NCBI GenBank assembly: GCA_028285265.1
Contig: JANQPX010000079.1
Location: 109,006 to 173,005 of the forward strand
Reading direction: 5' to 3'
DNA: 64,000 bases
Source of the DNA: Geminicoccaceae bacterium
GTDB lineage: Bacteria; Pseudomonadota; Alphaproteobacteria; Geminicoccales; Geminicoccaceae
Numbering within the stretch: the stretch's first letter is position 1; every line of letters begins with the position of its first letter. The position numbers were made by a program, and so were the translations under genes. The notes beneath the pieces are model-generated. The model saw only the letters and a program-made list of their open reading frames with translations, did no database searches and was not told where the DNA came from. Shown here in pieces: positions 28,587 through 37,973 of this stretch.

Positions 28587-29732
28587 ATGAAAAGTCTTAC
28601 AGCGATCTCGACCTTCGCCGCCTTTCTCGTGCTCGGATGTAGTGCCCAGACGGCCCAGGTTCCTCCTGCTGACGCGGTCGTGTCCGAGCAGGCGACCTTC
28701 AAGGTCGAGCTTGTGACCGACGGTCTCCGCTATCCCTGGGGAATGGCCTTCTTACCAGACGGCGCCATGTTGGTGACGGAACGGCCTGGGACGCTTCGCC
28801 TCGTCAGCAGCAATGGTGTGCTGGCGCCGGCACCGATCGGTGGCACGCCTGATGTGTTCGCCAAAGGGCAGGGTGGTCTGCTGGACGTTGCCATCGATCC
28901 TGCCTTTAGTCAGACGAATCTCGTCTATCTCTCCTATGCCGGTGTTGACGAAGACGGCCGATCCAGCACGCGTGTGGCGCGCGGGCGTTTGCTCGACGGT
29001 AATCTCCAGGACCTCGAGGTGATCTTCCGGTCGAACAGTGCGTCGTCCGGCGGTGTTCACTGGGGCTCAAGGCTCGGCTTTGATCCGAGCGGACATCTTT
29101 ATGTAACCGCAGGCGATCGTGGCAATCAGGATCAGGCGCAGAGTCTTTCGCGTCATGCCGGCAGTGTGATCAGGATCAATCCCGATGGCAGTGTGCCGGA
29201 CGACAATCCCTTTGTCGGCGACAGCCAAGCGCTCCCTGAGATCTACAGCTATGGCCACCGCAATCCGCAAGGCCTCGCCGTTCATCCTGAAACGGGGCGA
29301 ATTTGGACCCAGGAGCATGGCCCTCAGGGTGGTGATGAAGTCAATCTCATCGATGCCGCGGTCAACTATGGCTGGCCAGAGATCACATGGGGTGTGAACT
29401 ATGGCGGACGACCGATCAATGGTGGTCTGCGGGAGCAGGACGGCATGGCCCAGCCCGTGCACTTTTGGGATCCCTCAATCGCACCCTCTGGAATGACGTT
29501 TTACGACGGCGATGCCTTTCCTGCGTGGCAGGGCGATCTCTTTGTTGGCGCGCTGAAATACCAACTCATCACGCGGCTCGAGATGGAGGGAGATGAGATC
29601 GTGGCCGAAGAGCGACTGCTCGAGGGCGAACTCGGCCGAGTCCGTGATGTCAGAACCGGCCCTGATGGCCTCCTCTACATCCTGACGGACGATTCCAACG
29701 GCGGCCTCTATCGCCTGTCGCCTGCGGGGTGA
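28587..29732 (+). CDS. PQQ-dependent soluble sugar (aldose) dehydrogenase, YliI/Asd-like
   Basis: Signal peptide, then LRYPWGMAFLPDG..LVTERPG, HRNPQGLA and NYGWP motifs. Confidence 0.85.
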   Translation: MKSLTAISTFAAFLVLGCSAQTAQVPPADAVVSEQATFKVELVTDGLRYPWGMAFLPDGAMLVTERPGTLRLVSSNGVLAPAPIGGTPDVFAKGQGGLLDVAIDPAFSQTNLVYLSYAGVDEDGRSSTRVARGRLLDGNLQDLEVIFRSNSASSGGVHWGSRLGFDPSGHLYVTAGDRGNQDQAQSLSRHAGSVIRINPDGSVPDDNPFVGDSQALPEIYSYGHRNPQGLAVHPETGRIWTQEHGPQGGDEVNLIDAAVNYGWPEITWGVNYGGRPINGGLREQDGMAQPVHFWDPSIAPSGMTFYDGDAFPAWQGDLFVGALKYQLITRLEMEGDEIVAEERLLEGELGRVRDVRTGPDGLLYILTDDSNGGLYRLSPAG

Positions 29733-29790
29733 CCGACCTTTGATACGCGCCTTGTGTTGGCACGAAGTGAAAAAGTTTAAGGACGTCGTT

Positions 29791-30852
29791 ATGGTTCATT
29801 GTCGGTTTGGGAAGGTTGTTCTAAGCGTGGTTCTCTTGTCGGCGCTGCCGTTGGTTGAGGCTGTTGCTACAGATCCTAAGGGGGCGCTGGCTTGCGAAAA
29901 GGCAGCGGCGCTAGGCGGTAAGGTCGACTATGCGGCAGCACTAGAGGCCTGCTCTTTCATCAACGACACGCTGACCCTGGATGATCCAGAGCGTGCCAAG
30001 GTGCTCTCCTTCCGTTCTGCGGCTCATCGTGGGCTCGGCGATTTTAGCCAGGCACTTGCCGATGCCGAAAAGGCCGCCAGGTTGGATCCAAATCTGGCGC
30101 TCGCCCATTTCTACCAGGGGGCGGCTCATGGGGAGCTTGGCGAAATCGGCGAAGCCATGGAGTCCCTCAACAAAGCGCTCGAGATCGATCCGACCTTTGC
30201 GCCAGCTTTGCACAGCCGCGGCGTCGCGAAGATGATGCAGGATGATATTGAGGGGGCTCTTGCTGATCAAAACGAAGCGATACGCCTCGTTCCCAATTTT
30301 GCCTTCGCCTATAACGACCGCGGTCTAACCTGGTTCGCGATCGGTGAATTTGAGAAGGCGATCGCTGACTATGACAAGGCCATCGAACTTGACGGTACGC
30401 TCGCGCTCGCCTTTCGAAATCGTGGCAGTGCCCATGGCGGGCAGGGCGATCTCGACAAGGCGATCGCTGACTTCGATAAAGCGATCGAGCTCGATCCTGA
30501 TTACGCTCATACCTACAAGGACCGCGGTCTCGCTTATTTGAACCAGCAACATTATGACCAGGCGATCGCCGACTATGATAAGGCGCTTTCGTTGCAACAA
30601 GGCCTTGTCACGGCCCATTTCGGTCGTGCTGTCGCCTATCTCGAAAAAGGCGAACATGCCGCCGCGCTTTTGGACCTTGAACGAACGCTCTTGGTCTACC
30701 CCAACGACCCACAAGTCTACACCAAACGCGCCGAAGCGCATGTACAGGCCGGCGATATCGCAGCCGCCCGTGCCGATTATGAAAAGGTGCTCAGCCTCAA
30801 CCCGACAGATGAGGGTGCGAAGGCGAAACTTAATGCGCTCGGGGAATCGTGA
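29791..30852 (+). CDS. tetratricopeptide (TPR) repeat protein, secreted
   Basis: Signal peptide followed by about 8 TPR units with a recurring AIADYDKAIELDP signature. Start moved to the ATG at 29791. Confidence 0.85.
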   Translation: MVHCRFGKVVLSVVLLSALPLVEAVATDPKGALACEKAAALGGKVDYAAALEACSFINDTLTLDDPERAKVLSFRSAAHRGLGDFSQALADAEKAARLDPNLALAHFYQGAAHGELGEIGEAMESLNKALEIDPTFAPALHSRGVAKMMQDDIEGALADQNEAIRLVPNFAFAYNDRGLTWFAIGEFEKAIADYDKAIELDGTLALAFRNRGSAHGGQGDLDKAIADFDKAIELDPDYAHTYKDRGLAYLNQQHYDQAIADYDKALSLQQGLVTAHFGRAVAYLEKGEHAAALLDLERTLLVYPNDPQVYTKRAEAHVQAGDIAAARADYEKVLSLNPTDEGAKAKLNALGES

Positions 30853-30929
30853 CGGCGCAGATTTGAGCTTCAAGCAAGTGTTCGCTGCTTATCCCGTGCC
30901 CGACCGATGCAACGACGAGGGGCGGGACC

Positions 30930-31874
30930 TCACCATTGGGTCGCTGCGCCGCCTCGTTCCCGGACCCGTCGAAGCAGCAGATCCAATTCGGCAAGATCGT
31001 CCTGGTCCAGCTTGGGGCCGGGCGCCCGAAGGGTAGGACACGCAATGATACCTCGCCGATAGAGGATTTGTTTTCGGATCGCCAGGCCGATCCCGGGCTG
31101 CTGCTCATAACGAATGAGTGGCAGATAGTCGTCGAACAGATCGAAGGCCTCATCGACATCGCCGTCATTGAAGCGTGCATAAACCTCAACCAGGAGTTCA
31201 GGAAAAGCAAAGCCGGTCATTGCACCATCGGCACTGCGAGCCAACTCTAGTGGGAAGTAAAGTCCGCCATTCCCCACCAGGATGGCGATGCGTCGCTTGC
31301 CGTCGCGTGCTGCGGTTTTGCGGATGCGGCTGATCTTCGTGAGGCCTGGGCAGTCCTCGTGTTTCAAGACTTTGATCTGAGGCAGCGCGTCGACCAACTG
31401 ATTGAAGAGAGGCACGGAGAGATGCACGCCGGTCGCTTGCGGATAGTCTTGCAGCACCACCGGTACATCATAGCCAACGGAATCGACGGCCTGACGCACA
31501 TAGCCTTCGATCTGTTCATCGGTCGAAAGACCGGGCGGCGGGGCGATCATGACGCCGGCAGCGCCTTCCGACATTGCTTCGTCGGCCAGAGCGCCGAGCG
31601 CAGCGAGACCCGGCGCGCTGACGCCGACAACGACGGGGATTTCGCCTGCTACCTGCTTGAGCACCCGATCGATCACGCGTTTTTGTTCATCAAAGGTGAG
31701 CTTTTGCGCCTCGCCCATCATGCCGAGAATGGTAATGCCGTGAACGCCGGCCTCGATGTAAAAGCCGACCAGCCGATCGAGGCTTGCCAGATCCAGCTTA
31801 CCCTCTAGGTCAAAGGGCGTTGCCGCGATGATAAAGACACCTTTGGCACTTTCGTCGATAAGGTGGCCGGCCAT
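30930..31874 (-). CDS. dihydrodipicolinate synthase (DapA/NAL) family lyase
   Basis: GVFIIAATPF, GVHGITILGMMGEAQKLT, and TIM-barrel lyase family layout. Substrate unknown. Confidence 0.8.
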   Translation of the reverse strand: MAGHLIDESAKGVFIIAATPFDLEGKLDLASLDRLVGFYIEAGVHGITILGMMGEAQKLTFDEQKRVIDRVLKQVAGEIPVVVGVSAPGLAALGALADEAMSEGAAGVMIAPPPGLSTDEQIEGYVRQAVDSVGYDVPVVLQDYPQATGVHLSVPLFNQLVDALPQIKVLKHEDCPGLTKISRIRKTAARDGKRRIAILVGNGGLYFPLELARSADGAMTGFAFPELLVEVYARFNDGDVDEAFDLFDDYLPLIRYEQQPGIGLAIRKQILYRRGIIACPTLRAPGPKLDQDDLAELDLLLRRVRERGGAATQW

Positions 31875-32062
31875 GCTCGATCCTCATGTCTTGAGCCTTT
31901 GTCTCCCTTTCTGCGCCTGGCACCATGGAAGTGCAAGCCGATGAGCATGAAGGCTGTCGTCCGGCCAACCGACATTTCGGTATCCGGTCTTTTCCAAAGC
32001 GCCCTCTATCGCTAGGATGCGCGCGGAAAACGTCGCTTTCTTATTTCCAGGAGAATTCACGG

Positions 32063-32872
32063 ATGGCTGAGGCTTCCCTGATGGCCGGCAAGAAAGGTCT
32101 GGTCATGGGCATCGCCAATGATCGATCCCTCGCATACGGCATCGCGAAATCTGCGGCCGATCACGGCGCTGAGCTTGCGCTGACCTATCAAGGTGATGCA
32201 CTGGCTAAGCGTGTCTTGCCGATTGCTGAGAAGCTTGGCGCGCCTATCGTTGCGCCGGCTGATGTCACCGATGCCGATAGTTTGGATCATCTGTTCGCGC
32301 ATATTCGTGAGACTTGGGGGCGGCTCGATTTTATCGTTCACGCGATCGCTTTTTCCGACAAGGAGGAGCTCAAAGGGAAATACCTCGATACATCGGCTGA
32401 GAACTTCCAGCGTTCGATGATGATCTCCTGCTACTCCTTCACCGATCTTTGCCGTCGGGCTGCTCCTTTGATGACCGAAGGCGGGAGTGCGTTGACGCTC
32501 ACCTATGCTGGCGCAGAACGCGTTGTTCCTCACTATAATGTGATGGGGGTCGCCAAGGCTGCGTTAGAGGCGAGTGTTCGCTATCTCGCGGTCGATCTCG
32601 GCGGTCAAGCGATCCGTGTCAATGCGATTTCAGCGGGTCCCGTCAAGACACTTGCTGCGTCGGGCATTGGTGACTTCCGCTATATTCTGAAGTGGAACGA
32701 ATACAACTCGCCCTTGAAGCGCAACACGACGCTCGACGACGTTGGCGGTGCTGGCCTTTATCTGTTGTCCGATCTTGGCGCTGGCACCACGGGAGAGGTG
32801 CTCCACGTCGATAGCGGTTATCATGTCGTCGGCATGAAAGCGGTCGACGCGCCCGATATCTCGACGGTTTAG
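32063..32872 (+). CDS. fabI: enoyl-[acyl-carrier-protein] reductase (NADH)
   Basis: GKKGLVMGIANDRSLAYGIAK, YNVMGVAKAALEASVRYLA and HVDSGYH. ATG at 32063 is preceded by AGGAGA. The upstream extension to 31925 was rejected. Confidence 0.9.
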   Translation: MAEASLMAGKKGLVMGIANDRSLAYGIAKSAADHGAELALTYQGDALAKRVLPIAEKLGAPIVAPADVTDADSLDHLFAHIRETWGRLDFIVHAIAFSDKEELKGKYLDTSAENFQRSMMISCYSFTDLCRRAAPLMTEGGSALTLTYAGAERVVPHYNVMGVAKAALEASVRYLAVDLGGQAIRVNAISAGPVKTLAASGIGDFRYILKWNEYNSPLKRNTTLDDVGGAGLYLLSDLGAGTTGEVLHVDSGYHVVGMKAVDAPDISTV

Positions 32873-32884
32873 AGTTCCAAGACA

Positions 32885-33961
32885 TTGGCAGGCAACAGCT
32901 TCGGCAGCGTCTTCCGCTTCACCACCTTCGGTGAAAGCCACGGTCCAGCCATCGGCTGTGTCGTCGATGGCGTTCCGCCTAGGCTCGATTTAGCCGAGAG
33001 CGACATTCAGCACTGGCTTGACCGGCGGCGGCCAGGGCAATCCAAATTCACCACGCAGCGGCAAGAGCCGGACCAGGTGAAGATCCTATCCGGGGTCTTT
33101 GAGGGGCAGACGACCGGCACGCCGATCGGCCTCCTTGTCGAGAATGTTGACCAGCGTTCCAAAGACTACGGCGACATCAAGGATCGCTTTCGTCCCGGCC
33201 ATGCTGATCTCACTTACGAGGCCAAGTACGGCATTCGCGACTATCGCGGCGGTGGCCGCTCGTCGGCTCGGGAAACGGCGATGCGGGTGGCCGCCGGTGC
33301 GGTGGCCCGCAAGGTGCTGGGTGATGAGATCACGATCCGAGGTGCACTTGTGCAAATCGGTGATGATCGGATTGATCGCGGGGGCTGGAACTGGGATGTG
33401 GTTGAGCAGAACCCGTTTTGGTGCCCCGACGCCAAAGCCTCTTTGCGCTGGGAGGAGCAGCTCCTGGCGATTCGGAAGTCGGGCTCGTCGGTCGGCGCCG
33501 TGATCGAAGTCGTTGCCACGGGTGTACCACCAGGATGGGGTGATCCGATTTACGATAAGCTCGATGCCGATCTTGCTAAAGCAATGATGAGCATCAATGC
33601 CGTGAAGGGTGTCGAGATCGGGGCTGGCTTTGCGAGCGCTTGCTTAAGCGGCGAAGAGAACGCCGATGAAATACGGGCGGGCGAAGGCGGCAAGCCGCGC
33701 TTTTTGTCGAACCAGGCAGGCGGGATTTTGGGCGGTATTTCGACGGGGCAGGACATTGTCGTCCGCTTCGCCGTCAAGCCGACCAGTTCGATCCTGACGC
33801 CACGCCGTTCGATCGACCGCCGCGGCAACGAGGTCGAGGTGATGACCAAAGGCCGTCATGATCCCTGCGTCGGGATACGAGCCGTGCCTGTGGGCGAGGC
33901 GATGATGGCGATCGTCCTCGCCGATCACTGCCTTCGGCAGCGGGCGATTACAGAGGGCTAG
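32885..33961 (+). CDS. aroC: chorismate synthase
   Basis: [45 protein letters not shown] and GRHDPCV motifs. TTG start. Confidence 0.92.
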   Translation: MAGNSFGSVFRFTTFGESHGPAIGCVVDGVPPRLDLAESDIQHWLDRRRPGQSKFTTQRQEPDQVKILSGVFEGQTTGTPIGLLVENVDQRSKDYGDIKDRFRPGHADLTYEAKYGIRDYRGGGRSSARETAMRVAAGAVARKVLGDEITIRGALVQIGDDRIDRGGWNWDVVEQNPFWCPDAKASLRWEEQLLAIRKSGSSVGAVIEVVATGVPPGWGDPIYDKLDADLAKAMMSINAVKGVEIGAGFASACLSGEENADEIRAGEGGKPRFLSNQAGGILGGISTGQDIVVRFAVKPTSSILTPRRSIDRRGNEVEVMTKGRHDPCVGIRAVPVGEAMMAIVLADHCLRQRAITEG

Positions 33962-33982
33962 GAGTGACAAGCTGACGTTGGC

Positions 33983-34201
33983 TCAGCTGTCGTCCCAATC
34001 GCCCTCCTGCGCCGCAGACACGAGGTCGTCATAGTCGTCCAGCGACTGCTCGAAAAAGTCTTCATCCAACAGGGTGTCGCGCTCCAAATACAGCCCTTCC
34101 TCAAGCTGCCGTTCGCGCTCCAGCGCATCGGCTGCGATCACCGTCTGCATCAGATCACCGAACATCGGATTGCCGTTTCGATCAAAGCTCATCGCTGACA
34201 T
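33983..34201 (-). CDS. small acidic hypothetical protein (72 aa)
   Basis: Strong SD (GGAGGA) 6-7 nt upstream of the ATG and GC-rich third positions. No family recognised. Confidence 0.6.
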   Translation of the reverse strand: MSAMSFDRNGNPMFGDLMQTVIAADALERERQLEEGLYLERDTLLDEDFFEQSLDDYDDLVSAAQEGDWDDS

Positions 34202-34488
34202 TGTCTTTCCTCCATCAGCCTTGTTACACCGACATCAAAGGCAGATTCGCCGGTAAAGTCTGTGACCGACGTCACGCTCGGACGCCGGTTATCAGGAGCC
34301 TAGCGATGGCACGATGAACGGCAGCCGAACGACCAGAGGGAGGGGGAGGGCGAAGCGCGCCGGGTGGCCGATTCCGGCCTTTGCTCGTCAAGCTTGTCGC
34401 ACGGACGACAGTTGTTGGCCCAATTCCTGGGATAATGGCCGTCTGGCCGGATATAACGGGTGAATGTGAGTAAGCTCGGAGATCGGCG

Positions 34489-35397
34489 ATGCCGCTTCAA
34501 ATGAACCGCGAGGTTTTCATTACCTGTGCTGTCACCGGCTCGGGAGGGACGCAGGACCGATCACCTCATGTACCGCGAAGTCCAGAAGCGATTGCTGCTT
34601 CAGCCATCGCCGCAGCGAAGGCGGGCGCAGCGATCGTTCATTGTCATGTGCGTGATCCTGAGACAGGCGCGCCATCGCGGGATCTCAAACTCTATCGAGA
34701 GGTGACGGAGCGGATCCGCGACGCTGACGTCGACGCCGTTCTCAATCTTACTGCAGGGATGGGCGGCGACCTGGTCTTCGGTCCGCCCTCAACGCCGCTG
34801 CCGCTCGCTGAAGGGACGGACATGGCGAGCGCCGAAGAGCGGCTGGAGCACATCGCAGCCTGCGTACCAGAGATCTGTACGCTCGATTGCGGCACCATGA
34901 ATTTCGCTGAAGCCGATTACGTCATGACCAACACGCCGGGCATGCTACAGGCCATGGGCAGCCTGATCACGGAGCTTGGTGTCCAGCCTGAAATCGAGGC
35001 GTTCGACAGCGGTCAACTCTGGTACGCCAAGCGGTTGGTGGCCGACGGGATCTTGAAGGAACCGGCCCTTGTCCAGCTCTGTATGGGGGTCCCTTGGGGC
35101 GCGCCCGATGATCTCAATACTTTTCTGGCGATGGTCAACAACATCCCCACCGGTTGGACGTGGTCCGCTTTCTCGCTCGGTCGAAACGAGCTTCCCTATG
35201 TCGCTGCCGCCGTGCTCGCCGGCGGCAATGTACGGGTCGGCCTGGAGGATAATCTCTGGCTCGCCAAGGGTGAGCTCGCCACCAATGAGGCATTGGTCGC
35301 ACGAGCCGTCACCATCATTGAAGCGATGGGCGCCGAGGTGATCGGACCTGATGCCGTGCGCGAACGCCTCAAGCTCACCAAGCGGGCACCACAATGA
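34489..35397 (+). CDS. 3-keto-5-aminohexanoate cleavage enzyme family (BKACE/DUF849), dehydrocarnitine-cleavage type by context
   Basis: REVFITCAVTGSGG, AAIVHCHVRD and NVRVGLEDNLW motifs. Confidence 0.85.
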   Translation: MPLQMNREVFITCAVTGSGGTQDRSPHVPRSPEAIAASAIAAAKAGAAIVHCHVRDPETGAPSRDLKLYREVTERIRDADVDAVLNLTAGMGGDLVFGPPSTPLPLAEGTDMASAEERLEHIAACVPEICTLDCGTMNFAEADYVMTNTPGMLQAMGSLITELGVQPEIEAFDSGQLWYAKRLVADGILKEPALVQLCMGVPWGAPDDLNTFLAMVNNIPTGWTWSAFSLGRNELPYVAAAVLAGGNVRVGLEDNLWLAKGELATNEALVARAVTIIEAMGAEVIGPDAVRERLKLTKRAPQ

Positions 35398-36815
35398 GCG
35401 AGAAAGCAGCGATCATTGGTGGAGGTGTTATTGGTGGAGGCTGGGCAGCAAGATTTCTTATGAACGGCTGGGACGTCTCGGTGTTCGATCCTGCGGTCGA
35501 TGCTGAACGCAAAGTCAATGAGGTCATTGCCAATGCGCGTCGATCATTGCCGGCGCTCTTTGAAGCAAGCCTGCCGTCCGAAGGGACGCTCACGTTCGCG
35601 AGAGGCCTGTCAGAGGCGGTCGACGGCGCTGCTTGGATTCAAGAAAGCGTGCCGGAGCGGCTCGCGATCAAGCACAGTGTGCTCCGTGACATCATGCGTG
35701 ATGCGTCTGACGAAGCGTTGGTGGGATCGTCGACATCGGGCTTTAAGCCGTCAGAGTTGAATACTGGCGTTGCCACGCCGCCTCGCGTCTTCGTCGCGCA
35801 TCCCTTCAACCCGGTCTATCTTTTGCCACTGGTGGAGTTGGTTGGCGCGGCCACGATTGTGGCCAAGGCGTCAGATGTCTTGACGTCGATAGCGATGAAG
35901 CCACTCATCGTCCGCAAGGAAATCGACGCGCACATCGCCGATCGTTTTCTCGAAGCTGTTTGGCGCGAGGCGCTCTGGCTGATCAAGGACGACATTGCGA
36001 CCACCGAGGAAATCGATCATGCGATCCGCTATGGCTTTGGGCTTCGCTGGGCGCAAATGGGGCTTTTCGAGACCTATCGGATTGCCGGCGGCGAGGACGG
36101 CATGGCGCACTTTATTGAGCAGTTTGGTCCGTGCCTGACATGGCCCTGGACCAAGCTCATGGATGTGCCGGATCTCACCCAGGAGCTGGTCCAGACGATC
36201 GCCGATCAGTCCGATCGGCAATCCGGGCACCATACAATCCGTGAGCTTGAACGCATCCGGGATGACAATCTGGTGTCGATCATGCGCGCGCTAAAAGGGC
36301 GTGACTGGGGAGCTGGAGCCGTCCTGAATGAGCATGACGGCAGGCTTCGTGCAAAGCCTGAAGGTGGCTTAAGCAAAGAGCCAATTCGATCGGTCGAGCG
36401 GAGCATTCCCATCGACTGGACCGACTATAACGGCCATATGAACGAAAGCCGCTATGGCCAGGTTTTTTCGGATGCCGCCGACACCATCATGGCGATGATC
36501 GGTGCGGATGCTGCCTATATCGACGCGGGCATGAGCTACTTCACCGTCGATACCCATACGAAATTCATCGATGAATGCCGTGCTGGCGACGCGATCCATG
36601 TGGACACCTTCATTCTGCAAGGCGAGGGCAAGAAGCTTCGTCTATTTCACCGGATGATACGCGACCATGATGTCGTCGCCACCTGCACCCAACTGCTGAT
36701 CCATGTCAGCCTAGAGACGCGGCGATCCTGTGCGCCGACCGTGGCCGTCGCGGCAAAGCTGGCCTCACTCGTCGAAGCCATGGCGCATGTTGAGCTTCCG
36801 GAGGATGTTGGATGA
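35394..36815 (+). CDS. L-carnitine 3-dehydrogenase (3-hydroxyacyl-CoA dehydrogenase fold) fused to a C-terminal hotdog thioesterase domain
   Basis: KAAIIGGGVIGGGWAARFLMNGWDVSVFDP N-terminus and HPFNPVYLLPLVE. The C-terminal about 140 aa look like a 4HBT-type thioesterase (IDWTDYNGHMNESRY). ATGA overlap with the upstream gene. Confidence 0.8.
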   Translation: MSEKAAIIGGGVIGGGWAARFLMNGWDVSVFDPAVDAERKVNEVIANARRSLPALFEASLPSEGTLTFARGLSEAVDGAAWIQESVPERLAIKHSVLRDIMRDASDEALVGSSTSGFKPSELNTGVATPPRVFVAHPFNPVYLLPLVELVGAATIVAKASDVLTSIAMKPLIVRKEIDAHIADRFLEAVWREALWLIKDDIATTEEIDHAIRYGFGLRWAQMGLFETYRIAGGEDGMAHFIEQFGPCLTWPWTKLMDVPDLTQELVQTIADQSDRQSGHHTIRELERIRDDNLVSIMRALKGRDWGAGAVLNEHDGRLRAKPEGGLSKEPIRSVERSIPIDWTDYNGHMNESRYGQVFSDAADTIMAMIGADAAYIDAGMSYFTVDTHTKFIDECRAGDAIHVDTFILQGEGKKLRLFHRMIRDHDVVATCTQLLIHVSLETRRSCAPTVAVAAKLASLVEAMAHVELPEDVG

Positions 36816-37972
36816 ATTTTGGGCTCAGCGAAGAACAAGGGATGATCGTCTCGACCGTCAGGGAGTTCGTCGAGAACGAGATCTACCCTCACGAGACCAC
36901 GGTCGAACGCAGCGGCGAGGTTCCGACAGAGATTGCTGCGGGAATCAAGGATAAGACCAAGCAGCTCGGTTTCTATGCCTGCAATTTTCCGGAAAGCGTC
37001 GGTGGTGCCGGTCTTTCTCATCTCGATTTTGCGCTCGTGGAACGCGAACTTGGTCGGGGCTCCATGGCACTGACCCATTTCTTCGGCCGCCCGCAAAACA
37101 TCTTAATGGCTTGCAAGGGTGAGCAGATCGAACGCTATCTCTTGCCGGCGGTGCGTGGCGACAAAATGGACGCGCTGGCCATGACCGAACCGGAGGCAGG
37201 CTCGGATATCAGAAGTATGCGGTGCTCGGCAAAGCGCGATGGCGACGACTGGGTGCTCAACGGTACGAAACATTTCATCTCCGGTGCCGAGCATGCGGAC
37301 TTCGTGATCGTTTTTGTTGCCACAGGCGAAGAAGAGACGACCAAAGGCAAGAAGAAAAAGATCACGACCTTTTTGGTCGATCGCGGCGCGGCCGGGTTCA
37401 CCATCCGGGAAGGTTATGCGTCGGTTTCACATCGCGGCTACAAGAACATGATCTTGGAGTTCGATGGCTGTCGACTGCCCGGCACGCAGGTGTTGGGTGA
37501 GGTCGATGGTGGCTTTGATGTGATGAACGATTGGCTGTATGCGACCCGGATCACGGTCGCTGCCATGTGTGTCGGTCGAGCTCGTCGCTGTTTCGATCTT
37601 GCACTGAGTTATGCCGCAGATCGAAAACAGTTTGGGCAACAGATCGGTAAGTTCCAAGGCGTGAGTTTTCAGATCGCCGATATGGTGACGGAGATCGATG
37701 CGGCCGACTATCTGACATTGGCGGCTGCCTGGCGGCTCGATCAAGGCTTGCCAGCGAATCGGGAGATCGCCAGTGCCAAGGTTTTTGCATCAGAGATGTT
37801 GGCGCGGGTCACCGATGCCACGCTTCAGATCTTCGGTGGCATGGGCCTCATGGATGATTTTCCTGTGGAGCGCTTTTGGCGGGATGCGCGCGTCGAGCGT
37901 ATTTGGGACGGCACGTCGGAAATCCAGCGTCACATCATCAGCCGTGATCTTTTGCGTCCGCTAGGAGCCTAG
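36812..37972 (+). CDS. acyl-CoA dehydrogenase
   Basis: ALAMTEPEAGSD, FISGA and QIFGGMG motifs. ATGA overlap with the upstream gene. Confidence 0.88.
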   Translation: MNFGLSEEQGMIVSTVREFVENEIYPHETTVERSGEVPTEIAAGIKDKTKQLGFYACNFPESVGGAGLSHLDFALVERELGRGSMALTHFFGRPQNILMACKGEQIERYLLPAVRGDKMDALAMTEPEAGSDIRSMRCSAKRDGDDWVLNGTKHFISGAEHADFVIVFVATGEEETTKGKKKKITTFLVDRGAAGFTIREGYASVSHRGYKNMILEFDGCRLPGTQVLGEVDGGFDVMNDWLYATRITVAAMCVGRARRCFDLALSYAADRKQFGQQIGKFQGVSFQIADMVTEIDAADYLTLAAAWRLDQGLPANREIASAKVFASEMLARVTDATLQIFGGMGLMDDFPVERFWRDARVERIWDGTSEIQRHIISRDLLRPLGA

Positions 37973-37973
37973 C

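Noticed and set aside
30300-30620. Recurrent near-identical DNA segments (GCGATCGCTGACTATGACAAGGC...-type) that could look like a repeat array
   Set aside because: They are in-frame and encode consecutive TPR units (AIADYDKAIELD) of one protein. The spacing equals the 34-aa TPR period, so this is not a CRISPR array or other non-coding repeat.
31925-32062. N-terminal 46-codon extension of fabI in the ORF track
   Set aside because: The extension has no similarity to the FabI N-terminus. The ATG at 32063 is preceded by AGGAGA and gives the canonical GKKGLVMGIAN start.
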